NCBI GenBank assembly: GCA_964016885.1
Contig: OZ024742.1
Span: 241,056,001-241,120,000, forward strand
Source: Eledone cirrhosa
Lineage: Eukaryota
Length of the DNA: 64,000 bases
Direction: 5' to 3'
The notes beneath the pieces were generated by a model, which made no database searches, had not been told where the DNA came from, and saw only the letters and a program-made list of their open reading frames with translations. Of this stretch, positions 15,276-26,316 are shown in pieces. A program made the position numbers and the translations under genes. Numbering within the stretch: the stretch's first letter is position 1; each line of letters begins with the position of its first letter.

Positions 15276-15708
15276 AACTGCAGGAAAAAAACCATTGAGT
15301 AGATCTATGGACGGTCATAACCACCCAATCAGTTACATCTAGAGCTATACTAGTTAATGTGTCCTTTCTTTTTAATACCACAGAGCGCATTTTTAGAGGG
15401 GGGGGGGGTATTTGACCACTATTTCTAACAGGGTGAATAACCGCATAGTGGCTGCCTCATTGGCTTGTTGTGTTATGTAAGAATAAAAAAAACATTATCT
15501 ATCAATTTGTTCAATTTATTCACTTAAAAATTTATATTTATATTTTGTTTAATCAAACATACATTTGCATATTTTATATTGAGAACTAAAATATAGCAAC
15601 ACATTCCTAAGGAGGGTTCCACACGTTATCGTCGGGAATTCTATAAGAGTAATTGATAAAGTATGAAAAGTTTACAATCGTTATTTCTATTTCTTCGTCG
15701 GGGTGTTC

Positions 15709-15901
15709 CAGACCTGCCAACCTCTAAAACCTCAAACGGGATGTACCATGAAAAAAGTGCCCCAAACGGAGAGAAATGAGGCAAAATGGGGAAATTTTGC
15801 ATAATGAGAGCTATAGCTATTTTCACAAGAAAAGACATCTCTCACTCACCCCAAAGTGGGTGGGTGATCTACTCGTCGGAAGAGGGAAGTTGACAGGTCT
15901 G
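15709..15901. mobile_element. MITE, 13-bp TIR CAGACCTGCCAAC/GTTGACAGGTCTG (copy 1)
   Basis: TIRs visible; homologous copies at 53598-53791 and 60231-60492. Confidence 0.8.
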
Positions 15902-17986
15902 ATGTTATTTCTTGTGTATGTTCAAAAGTAATAAAGCAGCAATAAGTTTCTTTATGAAGACAACAATCTTATTTTATGTCTGATATGGCTACACATTGAT
16001 CATCTTACCTTCTTTTCATATTTCAATTCACTAAATATATATCTACACCAAGCTTCGATTTCTATTGTGATTACTTTCCAGAAAACTAAGTGTGTATATT
16101 TGTTTAAGTGTATTGATTTCTCCTCATAATTATGACAATTAATCACATTATTGTTGTTTTTCTGATTTCATAGAAGTGATACCGCAGATTTCTAAATTGA
16201 TTGTAAATTAAGCAAAATATGACCCATTTCTTTATCTAAAGTATATTACCTTTTCTATAGACTAATTCTCTCCCTTTTGTCTATATTCGAATTCTTGTCA
16301 AATTAACATATCATTCCATTCAGAAGCTGACTTTACTTCTATGTACATGTCAATTACTCGTTAATTGATATCTATTTCATGTACAATTGAAATCTAATTA
16401 TCACAGCATATCATGCGTGACCTGTATGCCCTCTTAACATTCCATTCATATACAATTTATGCGGTAAGTAATCCTTCATATAAATACATAAACTGTATTA
16501 TCAGTACAATTTAATTCACAACTTTAATGCATTATTATACTAATGATAACCACAATGATTGCACCATTTCAATACCTCCGTTGAAACATGACACAAAAGA
16601 TTATTTGTTAGAAATTGCTGAACTCTAAAGCTGATATCAACTTTCTCAAATTAGATTTACACGAATCGGAGAATATGTAATGCTGTGAAGGTGAGATGTC
16701 CTTCACAAGTAGACTAACCTCTAAAACAAACAGGAAAACGTAATAAATGAACAGTGAATAAGGATTCACAAGTATTGGTATTAATATAACATTTCCTTAA
16801 TAATCTACATAACAAATTTCAAGATTTAACCTTACGTTTCAACCTTAATATTAACAAGAAATGATCAAAGGCTATTAACTTGATTTGAGAGACAAAGATC
16901 TAACTGAAGAAATATTCCATAGATAAATATACATAAATCATGCAATTTAGTTAGGGTCCGATTACTTAATGCATGCCGACGTTCAAACACCTATACATAC
17001 ATAAACACACACGCACACACACACACGCACCACCCCCTCACACACAAACGCACACGCGCGCACATTATTTATGTTCATACACGGAATAAAAGCAAAGCGC
17101 TACCTAAGGTTTCAACTCCCAATTTCCCCCATCTCATTAGATTGTAAGAGCGATCACATTTTTGACCTTGTCATCACGCGCTTGGACGAGTTTGAAAATA
17201 CCGTTCAAAATATAGCGTCTTAAATACTCCTTTATGAAAATGTCGTATTACAAAGGGAAACAATTGAAAGATGTTCATTTGAAATAATAATGTAGGTGTT
17301 CGTGTGTTACTGTGCACAATATAGCAGACGTATGGCATTATGGGGGTGGGGGTGGGGGTGGGGGGGGGGGTGTAATATAGAGATGTTTATAGTTATTAAG
17401 CTATGGAATCGAGTAGTAAAGAAGGTGTACCGTATTATGTAAGTGTTGAAAAAGAAACATTATTAAGAAAGTATATATAGAAATCAATATTTAAGTGGTT
17501 GAAAATCAGTTGAATTCATTGAGTGTTTCCCCTGTAGACATTCTCTAAAAATATTATTGTTAGAGTATAATTAATTATTGTTTAGAGACGACAAATCTTG
17601 TAATATCCTAACTTTTTCATTGAGGCAGAGAGGACATCTCTTGGTACCGTTGTATAAGTTCTGTACTTTTCAATTACCTTTCATGTAATCTTATGTGGAC
17701 TCCTTTCTCCTTTAATTGCCAGTCTCTTTTAGTCGGAGCCGTGCTGGTTCTCATGTCAGGGTTCCTGAAAGAATGCAGATGCGAGTAAAAAACTTTGTTT
17801 AAAACGATCTTGCACCATATCCACATATCTTTCGCTAACTTCAGACACACACACACGCGCGCGCGCGCACACACACACACTCATACACACTTACGCACCC
17901 ACACACCCACCCACACACACAACACACACACAACACACACACATATATATATATATGCGAAAAGCCAACAAGGAAAAAGACCATAG

Positions 17987-18048
17987 AAGCGTTAAACTAA
18001 TATATATGATCATACAGTCATATGATGATATATATTAGTTTAACGCTT
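17987..18048. repeat. Hairpin at the end of a decayed pLTR-like element
   Basis: aagcgttaaactaatatatat...atatatattagtttaacgctt; the adjacent minus strand reads CCGATGA-aggga atg ttcct, a decayed hammerhead-like motif. Confidence 0.55.
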
Positions 18049-18775
18049 GATATAGTAGGAACATTCCCTTCATCGGAAGATAGAATGAGGGATAGAAGAA
18101 ATAGAAAGATATTCAAGAGCAGAAGAGAAAGAACGAATCACTGAGAAAGTGAGGCACAGAGAGGGAAATGTGAGTTGGTAGACATAACTAGATAGTGTAA
18201 ACAACGCTGAGATGAAGAAGGAGACAATAGTCATGCGAGGGAAGGAGAATGCCCGTGGTAAAATAGTACAGCTTTAAATCACATATTAGATTTAAATGTC
18301 ATACATTTAAAATGTAATTTCACTTATGTTCTGCTTCGTTTGTGTCTTGTAAAATACTCCAGGACGATGTTTAGCTGTCTTTTTAGACAGTGAATTGGAA
18401 TGGACATGCTGTACCGTCAGTAGAGATAGAAACTGCGTACGGCCCACGGAGATTGTGTACCTATTGGCAATTTTACTATGCAATCTGTGACGAGCGATGC
18501 TTCTACATATTTATATATGTATGTAAATCCAAAGAGGGCTCGATGAGGATAAATATATATCAAATATATAAGAACCGTAGAGCAAATATAAATATACAGT
18601 TGAGTAAAATTAAGCTGTAACTAACTGCTTCTTCTAACAATGAACTTACTGGCCAACAGTCTACCCTTCACAACATAGTACAAGCAAAACTGTCGACAGT
18701 TGGGGCTAGAGGAATATCAGTAAACATTTATCTATCATTTGTTCAAACTTATATTTTAAACATAGTTCCGTTCAA

Positions 18776-18828
18776 TTGATTATTTATTTAGTAAATTTCT
18801 CCGGACTAAGAAGAAAAATTAGGTAAAT

Positions 18829-18875
<47 letters not shown>

Positions 18876-19182
18876 TCATAGTCTTCGTTCGTGTAGGATC
18901 TATTCTCTAAGCGCTCATATATTCACCTAGCTTACGCTAAACAGAATAATTTTTGAAGCTTGTTTCTGTCCTCTACGGTTAGCTATACTTTTTGTTGTTC
19001 TCCTGTCTCACTCGCTTTACGCGTTTTAATTGTCCTAATAACTTATTTTGGTTATTATTGCACCGACGTGAGATATATGATTTTTAATGCAATGAAATAT
19101 CTATGATCTTCGGCAAATCACTGATGAGGGACTTATTTTATTACATGTTATCCATGTGCTACCTGCAGTATTTTTCTCTATA

Positions 19183-19240
<58 letters not shown>

Positions 19241-19316
19241 AGTTTGAAGAATAGGCAGAAAAATTTACCTAATTTTTCTTCTTAGTCCGGAGAAATTAAC
19301 TAAATAAATAATCAAT
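18776..19316. repeat. ~55-bp inverted repeats enclosing a (TA)n-bounded insert
   Basis: 18776-18829 is the reverse complement of 19262-19316 with about 1 mismatch; CTGATGA at about 19121 inside. Confidence 0.75.
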
Positions 19317-19355
19317 GTGTTGTATATATATATGCATGTGTATATATATAAATAA

Positions 19356-19396
<41 letters not shown>

Positions 19397-19399
<3 letters not shown>

Positions 19400-19818
19400 G
19401 ATATTAAATAAATGGAAACTATATTTATAAAACCATATTTATTTCATTATATATATTTCAGGGATATCATATTAACAATATGCTATGCCTTCCTCAGACA
19501 AAATACAATATAGACAGTTTTATAGATAAATAGATTTGACATACTGCCAAATCAACTTTTCAAATACAAGTCGATGTTGAACGGTATGTCAAATCTATTT
19601 ATCTATAAAACTGTCTATATTGTATTTTGTCTGAGGAAGGCATAGCATATTGTTAATATGATATCCCTGAAATATATATAATGAAATAAATATGGTTTTA
19701 TAAATATAGTTTCCATTTATTTAATATCGTAAATATACTCCAAATACTTGTCGAGTGCTTTTATATCAGTTATAAATATTTACTAGTTGTAACCCAACAA
19801 TTTAAATATAACTTTCCA
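19397..19818. mobile_element. Family A pLTR with inverted duplication; a hammerhead on each arm
   Basis: Arms 19397-19544 and 19584-19731 are essentially perfect inverted repeats. The + strand reads CTGAGGA(19631)-stem II-GAAA(19669)-TATATA-TA-atgaaata, with the mirror copy on the minus strand at 19440-19505. Confidence 0.75.
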
Positions 19819-20066
19819 TATATATATATATATATATATGATTTTATCATTTATTTTGTCTGATTTGTTTACCTTGACTTGTTTTTTTGCTTAGGTGGTT
19901 AATGCTTCTTCACCGCCTTCTCAGTTGTATGGCGTTTATAACATATGTTTATAGCTCTGGTATTTTAAACTATGGAGCGCTTGCCAGCAGGACCGAATCT
20001 GCGTTACGTTTCGCTTTTTTTCTACCCGCCAAAATGCGATTCTCACTGAATTTATATTTATATAAA

Positions 20067-20121
<55 letters not shown>

Positions 20122-20122
20122 G

Positions 20123-20260
20123 GATGTATAAAAGTCCATACAACGACGTATAGCGGTTTCGGCGTGTACGACACACAAGCCAAAACCGCTTGGTGCTGCG
20201 GTCGTCGGGATTTTACATATCTTTACCCCCTGTACATTTCCACATGTATCGAGTACTCAC
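20123..20260 (+). mobile_element. Hairpin element with a hammerhead 3' half
   Basis: Imperfect hairpin 20123-20221; (G/A)AAA-ccgc..gcgg-TC, followed by gagtact. Confidence 0.5.
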
Positions 20261-20302
20261 ATGATTAGTGCACTCTTCAGTCCTACCACCGCAGACTCCC
20301 CC

Positions 20303-20359
<57 letters not shown>

Positions 20360-20429
20360 ATATATATATATATTTATATACATACATACACACACACACA
20401 TGTAGATACCTCGTTTTCTTTCATATATA

Positions 20430-20476
<47 letters not shown>

Positions 20477-20484
<8 letters not shown>

Positions 20485-20668
20485 ATGTTTAACCCCCACG
20501 GCAGAGCTCAAGCCGTTTCGACGGCTATTTCTGGACTGAAATAGCCGTCGAAACGGCCTGAGCTCTGCCGTCGGGGTTAAACATTTTCATATTAGCCACT
20601 CTACTACCCTAAGTATTGAGTACTGTGGTGCGTTATGGTCCATCTGGTTGTTTACCACACTTCCTTCG

Positions 20669-20670
<2 letters not shown>
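20477..20670 (+). mobile_element. GC-rich hairpin element in (TA)n, family B copy 1
   Basis: ~55-bp near-perfect arms, 6-nt loop; GAAA-cggc..gccg-TC; tail gagtact..tggtg..gtta.ggtc..ctggtt.tttaccacac. Confidence 0.7.
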
Positions 20671-20713
<43 letters not shown>

Positions 20714-21409
20714 TATATAATTGCTTAATATATATATAATTGCTTAATTTCTCTTCGTTCGAAATGTGTCATCTCCTAAGGTACTTGACCATCTTCTTCT
20801 TCCTGTGTCGAAAGTTCTTATTTCTGACCGGAAATATAGCCATTACAGTCATACTGTCTACGTACTTACATGCTCCACTACCCTAAATATCTACACATAC
20901 GCACACACACACACACACACACACACAGACGCACATATCCCCCCCCACACACACACGCACACACAAACACCATACACATTCACGTCCACACATACATACA
21001 CACACGAACACTTGAACAAAAGATCTATATGCGTGATGCGTATGAGTGTGTATAATTATGTTTGTGAACTTACATATATACACATTTACACTTACTTTTC
21101 CTCTCATACACACATAAATATATACACACAATGTACACGCACACACACACACATATATATAATCTGTAAGATCATATATATATATTCTAAAATCTGTTCC
21201 TGAGTCCTGTATTTTCGTTGTTCTACTGATGAGGCTGGACTGCCGATCGCTATATTTGATTTGCTAAGCCGCCTAAACGTATTGTTATTACTCTGGGGTA
21301 CTTTTCCCCATCCGATTGCTAAAGCTACAAACCGAATTTGCATTCGTTAGCTTGGCCGCGAACTAAAGCTTCGTTAATGCTGTACTAAAATTTATATATA
21401 TATATATAT

Positions 21410-21472
<63 letters not shown>

Positions 21473-21665
21473 CATATACATATATATATATGAATAAATT
21501 TAGTCCTTCATCAGTGATCTTCCAGCCTTCATTGGTATTTCATCGCTTTAAAGACCATATACCTCTGGTTGGTGCGAGCAACAGCTAAAGAAAGTCGTTG
21601 GAACACGTAAATAGGGCGAACGAGCGAGACTGTAAACAATCAAAGATGGTAATGCAACAAAAAGT

Positions 21666-21930
21666 GAGGAAGAAGGAGTAAAGTCCCTGAAATCGATGAA
21701 CATAAGTTCTGTGAAATCGTGGACGAGAGAGAATAAAGACCATCAAACCTGGTCGAAATGTGAGTGAGGAAGAATTTCGCACAGGTCAAACGGGAGGAAG
21801 AAGGAGTCAAGTCCCTGAAATAGATGAACATAAGTTCTGTGAAATCGTAGACGAGAGAGAATAAAGACCATCCGACCTGGTCGAAGTGTGAGTGAGGAAA
21901 GAATCTCGCACAGGTCAAACGGGAGGAAGT
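21666..21930. repeat. Tandem repeat, ~128-bp unit x2
   Basis: gaggaag.aggag recurs at 21666, 21794 and 21923. Confidence 0.85.
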
Positions 21931-22253
21931 AGGAGAGGGAGTAGCAGAGAGTGAGTGAGTGAAAGTGTGAGTAAGAGGCTAACAGAGAGAGTGACTGGTA
22001 GAGCGGGGTAAAGGGAAGTGAGAGATACAGAGAATGTGTGTATTAACGCTTCCAGGCCTTCATACACACACGCGCGCAAAGAACCCCCTTATATACATAT
22101 ATACACAGCCGAAACAATTGTCGATTGCTCTCTCTCAGCTACCGTTGGAACAAAAGGACGGCGTTTGTCATCTAACACGTGGTGTTTATGAGGCTGCTAG
22201 CTTGTAAACAAACCGATATGACATTATTGTAATGTTGTTATTATTCACTCACG

Positions 22254-22319
<66 letters not shown>

Positions 22320-22323
<4 letters not shown>

Positions 22324-22498
22324 AGATTCAGGACCCCGACGGCTGAGCTTCGGCCGTTTCGACAGTTAGATCCGAACAGTTCCGATCTAGCTGTCGAAAC
22401 GGCCGGAGTTCAGCCGTCGGGGTCCTGAATCTTTTCATATATATATGTGCCGAGTACTCTGGTGGGTTACGGTCTAGCTGGTTTTTACCACACCCTAT

Positions 22499-22501
<3 letters not shown>
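22320..22501 (+). mobile_element. GC-rich hairpin element in (TA)n, family B copy 2
   Basis: ~58-bp arms; GAAA(22396)-cggc..gccg-TC; same tail as 20477-20670. Confidence 0.7.
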
Positions 22502-22557
<56 letters not shown>

Positions 22558-22619
22558 CTACACGGGTGTGTGTGTGTACTGTTTAATCCTACGGATGCAA
22601 ATATATCTTCACTGTTGTA

Positions 22620-23940
22620 TCATGGAGTCACTAAGACTTTCAGGTCTTACTACATACATTCTCTTGCAAGTAGCCCGACTGAGTCAAACCACAGCCTTTA
22701 TTCACGTGGCATTCTATTGACGCAAAGTCACTTTCTTTCAGCCATTGCCATCTAGATCTCCTCTGCTTTTTTTTTTTATCATGTGCTTGATATCTCTTCT
22801 ATTGGCTCTCGTAATGCCCGGTATTCCAACGATCAGCGAATAGTCGATTCTCATCTCCACTGTGTACAAGCCATACTTGTTCATTATTCTTCAACTGGAA
22901 CTTGTTCCCCTCTCTGCATCCATTGCTGAAACGCCTTCCTCAGAGTCGATGTCGAGCTCATGTATCCAGTTCCAATCTGTACTACAACTCAAAGCCACAG
23001 TTTTTCAACTTCTTCGACTGCTTGTCACTTCCGCCCAACGCATCATTGGGGTTCTTCACTGTTTTTGTTTTGCAACTGAAAATTCTGGTATTTCCCCAAC
23101 TCAAAGCGAATCTAGTCAGCCAAAACCCAAACCCGATCTTTCCGATTTTGAACCTCTTGCACGCATATGAATTAAGCTTCTTTACCTCTTGCATTTACCG
23201 CGAAGTCCTTCTTGATGGTTATGATTGGTAGTTTGCCTATTGACTTGGTGTGGCAGCATTGCCACTCTTTCTCTGCTGACATAACCAGCATGTTCATTGC
23301 CAATACGAAGAAAGTCGCTGACAAAGCACCCGGTTATTTTCCTCACCACAGATTAATTATATTCAAACCAAATTTCAGCTGCCCGTAGAAGCTCCCTCCT
23401 TACAGAAAACTTGCTGCAATAGTTCAAGATGACATCATTTACGTTTTGCAGCATATGGTGCCTCTCTAGCGCAGCTCCGACCAGCTTATGAAGTACCGAT
23501 CCGTTCGCACAGGTCATATCTAACGACAATGTTGCCAAGTACACTCTACACTTTTTCATCGCTCTGATCAGCTATGTCACCAGGACTGTGTGTTTAAGAC
23601 ACTCGGGCATTTTTGCAATGAGATGTTGATTTAGTTTATACTCAAAATAAAATTGAAATGCCACTTAGACACAGTACTGAAGAAAATCTTGCTCTTAATA
23701 TTGACCACCGAGAAGAGTTAGAATTGGTTGCTTTTTCTCTCTTCTTTTGAGTATATATGCCACTTCAACATATCTCCATGACAGAACGATCTTTCCTCTA
23801 GTCTTCACCAACGTTAAGGCCCTCAAAAACAGACGAAGCAGTTTTAAGCAGTTATAAGACACTCCACTTGGACCTGATGTCATGTTAGATCTCTCTCTTA
23901 ACTATTTCGTTCACTTCACTCACTGAGGGCTACTTCAGAT
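22620..23940 (-). pseudogene. Highly decayed R2/Hero-like RLE non-LTR remnant
   Basis: Broken-frame fragments resembling LF.LAMNML, GR.GLG and the RLE region; many stops and frameshifts. Confidence 0.35.
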
Positions 23941-24014
23941 AGGCTTCTTCTACCGACTCTGGTGCTGTTAGCACTGCATTCTATGAATCTACTTGTTGAA
24001 ATAAATATATAACT

Positions 24015-24468
24015 TTTTATCAACTAGAAATTGATTGACATATATATATATCTAAAATAAAGATATGAAACAATCAGAGGGAATAATTTGTAAAAGTGTG
24101 TAAGCACACATAGCTAGGTAGGTAACTAATTAAAGTTTAACTAGAACTTTAAATATAGATACCTTATACATTGATTAATCTTCCTTGTATATATTTCATT
24201 AAAGAAATATATTTCACCATCAATCGATCGGTAAACCACAGTGAAAATCCAGGATTTGGCTACTGTGGTTTACCGATCGATTGATGGTGAAATATATACA
24301 AGGAAGATTAATCAATTTATAAGGTATCTATATTTAATGTTCTAGTTAAACTTTAATTAGTTACCTACCTAGCTATGTGTGCTTACACACTTTTACAAAT
24401 TATTCCCTGTGATTGTTTCATATGTTTATTTTAGATATATAAATATGTCAATCAATTTCTAGTTGATA
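24015..24468. repeat. ~450-bp AT-rich palindrome
   Basis: Arms about 24015-24242 and 24262-24468 with few mismatches and one ~15-nt indel; 19-nt spacer. Confidence 0.9.
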
Positions 24469-24639
24469 TAAAATGCTCGGATCTATTCATTGGAATCTTG
24501 GAGCACATTCTACAGTGGATATGGCGCATGTCTCTCTGGCATGACACCCTTAATTTAATTTTGGATATATAACTTTTTATTTACTTTTTAAAGTTGTTTC
24601 TGTTTTAGTTTTTATTGATATTATCATTACTTGTGTTAC

Positions 24640-24641
24640 TA

Positions 24642-24688
<47 letters not shown>

Positions 24689-24695
24689 AAAGTAA

Positions 24696-24745
<50 letters not shown>

Positions 24746-24843
24746 AAAGTAGTAGTAGTAGTAGTAGTAGTAAAAGTAGTAGTAGTACTAATAGCAACAG
24801 TAGTAGCAGTAGTAGTAGTAGTAGCAGCAGCAGCAGCAACAGC

Positions 24844-24887
<44 letters not shown>

Positions 24888-24930
24888 CAGCAGCAGTTGT
24901 ATTAATTAATATTAGTAGTACCAATAGTAG
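24640..24930. repeat. (TAG)n/(CAG)n microsatellite
   Basis: Visible directly; source of the poly-S/T/L ORFs. Confidence 0.95.
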
Positions 24931-25738
24931 GGCGGTGGATGGGCAGTATCGGTATAGCGTCGGACACCATGTTTCGTAGCATAGTGTTACGGCCCTTTAC
25001 GTTCTGAATTAAAATCCCGCCGAAGTTAGCTTTGCCTTTCATCCTTATGGTGTCGATAAAATAAAGTAACAGAAATACACTGGGGTCTATTTAATCGACT
25101 TTCCCTCCCTTTCAAATTGCAGGCCTTGTGCCTAAAGTAGAAACAATTATTATTTTTCGGCTCTTTACGTTCTATAACCAAATCCCGCCGAGGTTAACAT
25201 TGCCTTTCACCCTCACGGAGTGGATAAAATAAAGTACCAGTCACGCACTGGGGTCGATTTAATCGACTTTTCCCTCCACGAAAGTTGTTGGCATTGTTCC
25301 TAAATAAGAAACCATTATTATCTTTGTGGATTGGTAGTATCGGTAGAGGGTCCGACGCCATGCTTTGACGCATAGAGTTACGGCCCTTGCCATTCTGAGT
25401 TCAAATCCCCCCGAGGTTAACTTTGCCTTTCATCCTTACGGGGTCGATAAAATAAAGTACCAGTAATGCACTGGGTAATTGCTGGCCTTCTGCCAAAAAG
25501 TAGAAACAATTATTATCTTTGTGGATTGGCAGTATCGATAGAGGGTCGGACGCCATGCTTTGCAGTAAAGAGTTACGGCCCTTTATGATCTGAGTTCAAA
25601 TCCCGCCGAGGTTAACTTTGACTTTCATTCTTACGGGGTCGATCAAATAAAATACCAGTCACGCACTGAGTCCGGTTTAATCGACTTTGCCCTTCCCCGA
25701 AATTGCTGGCCTTGTGCCTATATAAGAAACCATTATTA
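24930..25738 (+). mobile_element. Head-to-tail array of four S1 SINE copies
   Basis: Units about 24930-25153, 25156-25321, 25326-25515 and 25521-25738, each ending in gaaac(a/c)attatta. Confidence 0.85.
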
Positions 25739-26316
25739 GTTGTTTCTTTTTATTGTTGTTATTTGTGTTGTTAATAAGGAGAACGATGATGATTATGATG
25801 ATTGTATTAAAGACGTGGCTGTGGCGTACAGTCATCAATTGGTCAGTATTGAAGTCCTCATAAGGTGTGTTCGGGAAAGTGTGTCATTGGGTCAGATATG
25901 GTCAAGTGGTTAGCAGACATTTGGTGGGTGTTGAAGTGGAAGCATTGAGTAAAACTTGGTAAAGGTCATCGGAAGCAGAATGGTAAGTAAAAGGACAGAA
26001 CTAGAAACAAAGTTTGCTTAGATGATAGTGAGAAGGAAAAAATGATAGAAAGAGCGAGAGAGTGAGAGAGGGAGAAAGATAGATAGATAGATTTCTTTAT
26101 TTGCACAAGAAAAGGGGACAATACAAAGACATGCCGGGGATTTTACATACAGTCGTATAAAAATAAATATAAAACAAACAATTACAAGAATCAAAATCCC
26201 CAGTAGGGGGGAAGGATCACAAATGGGTTGTTTAATACCCCGTCGATAGAACAACCCTGAACTCCAGGAGCGTATTGTGTAAGTACTCATTTCTTCCTTT
26301 TGCTCTCTTCCTCAAC

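Noticed and set aside
24577-24924. Poly-T/poly-S/poly-L ORFs (also 32109-32459)
   Set aside because: Trinucleotide repeats with no domain or splice support.
24930-25738. CRISPR-like array
   Set aside because: Eukaryotic context; units are ~200-bp SINE copies without unique spacers or cas genes.
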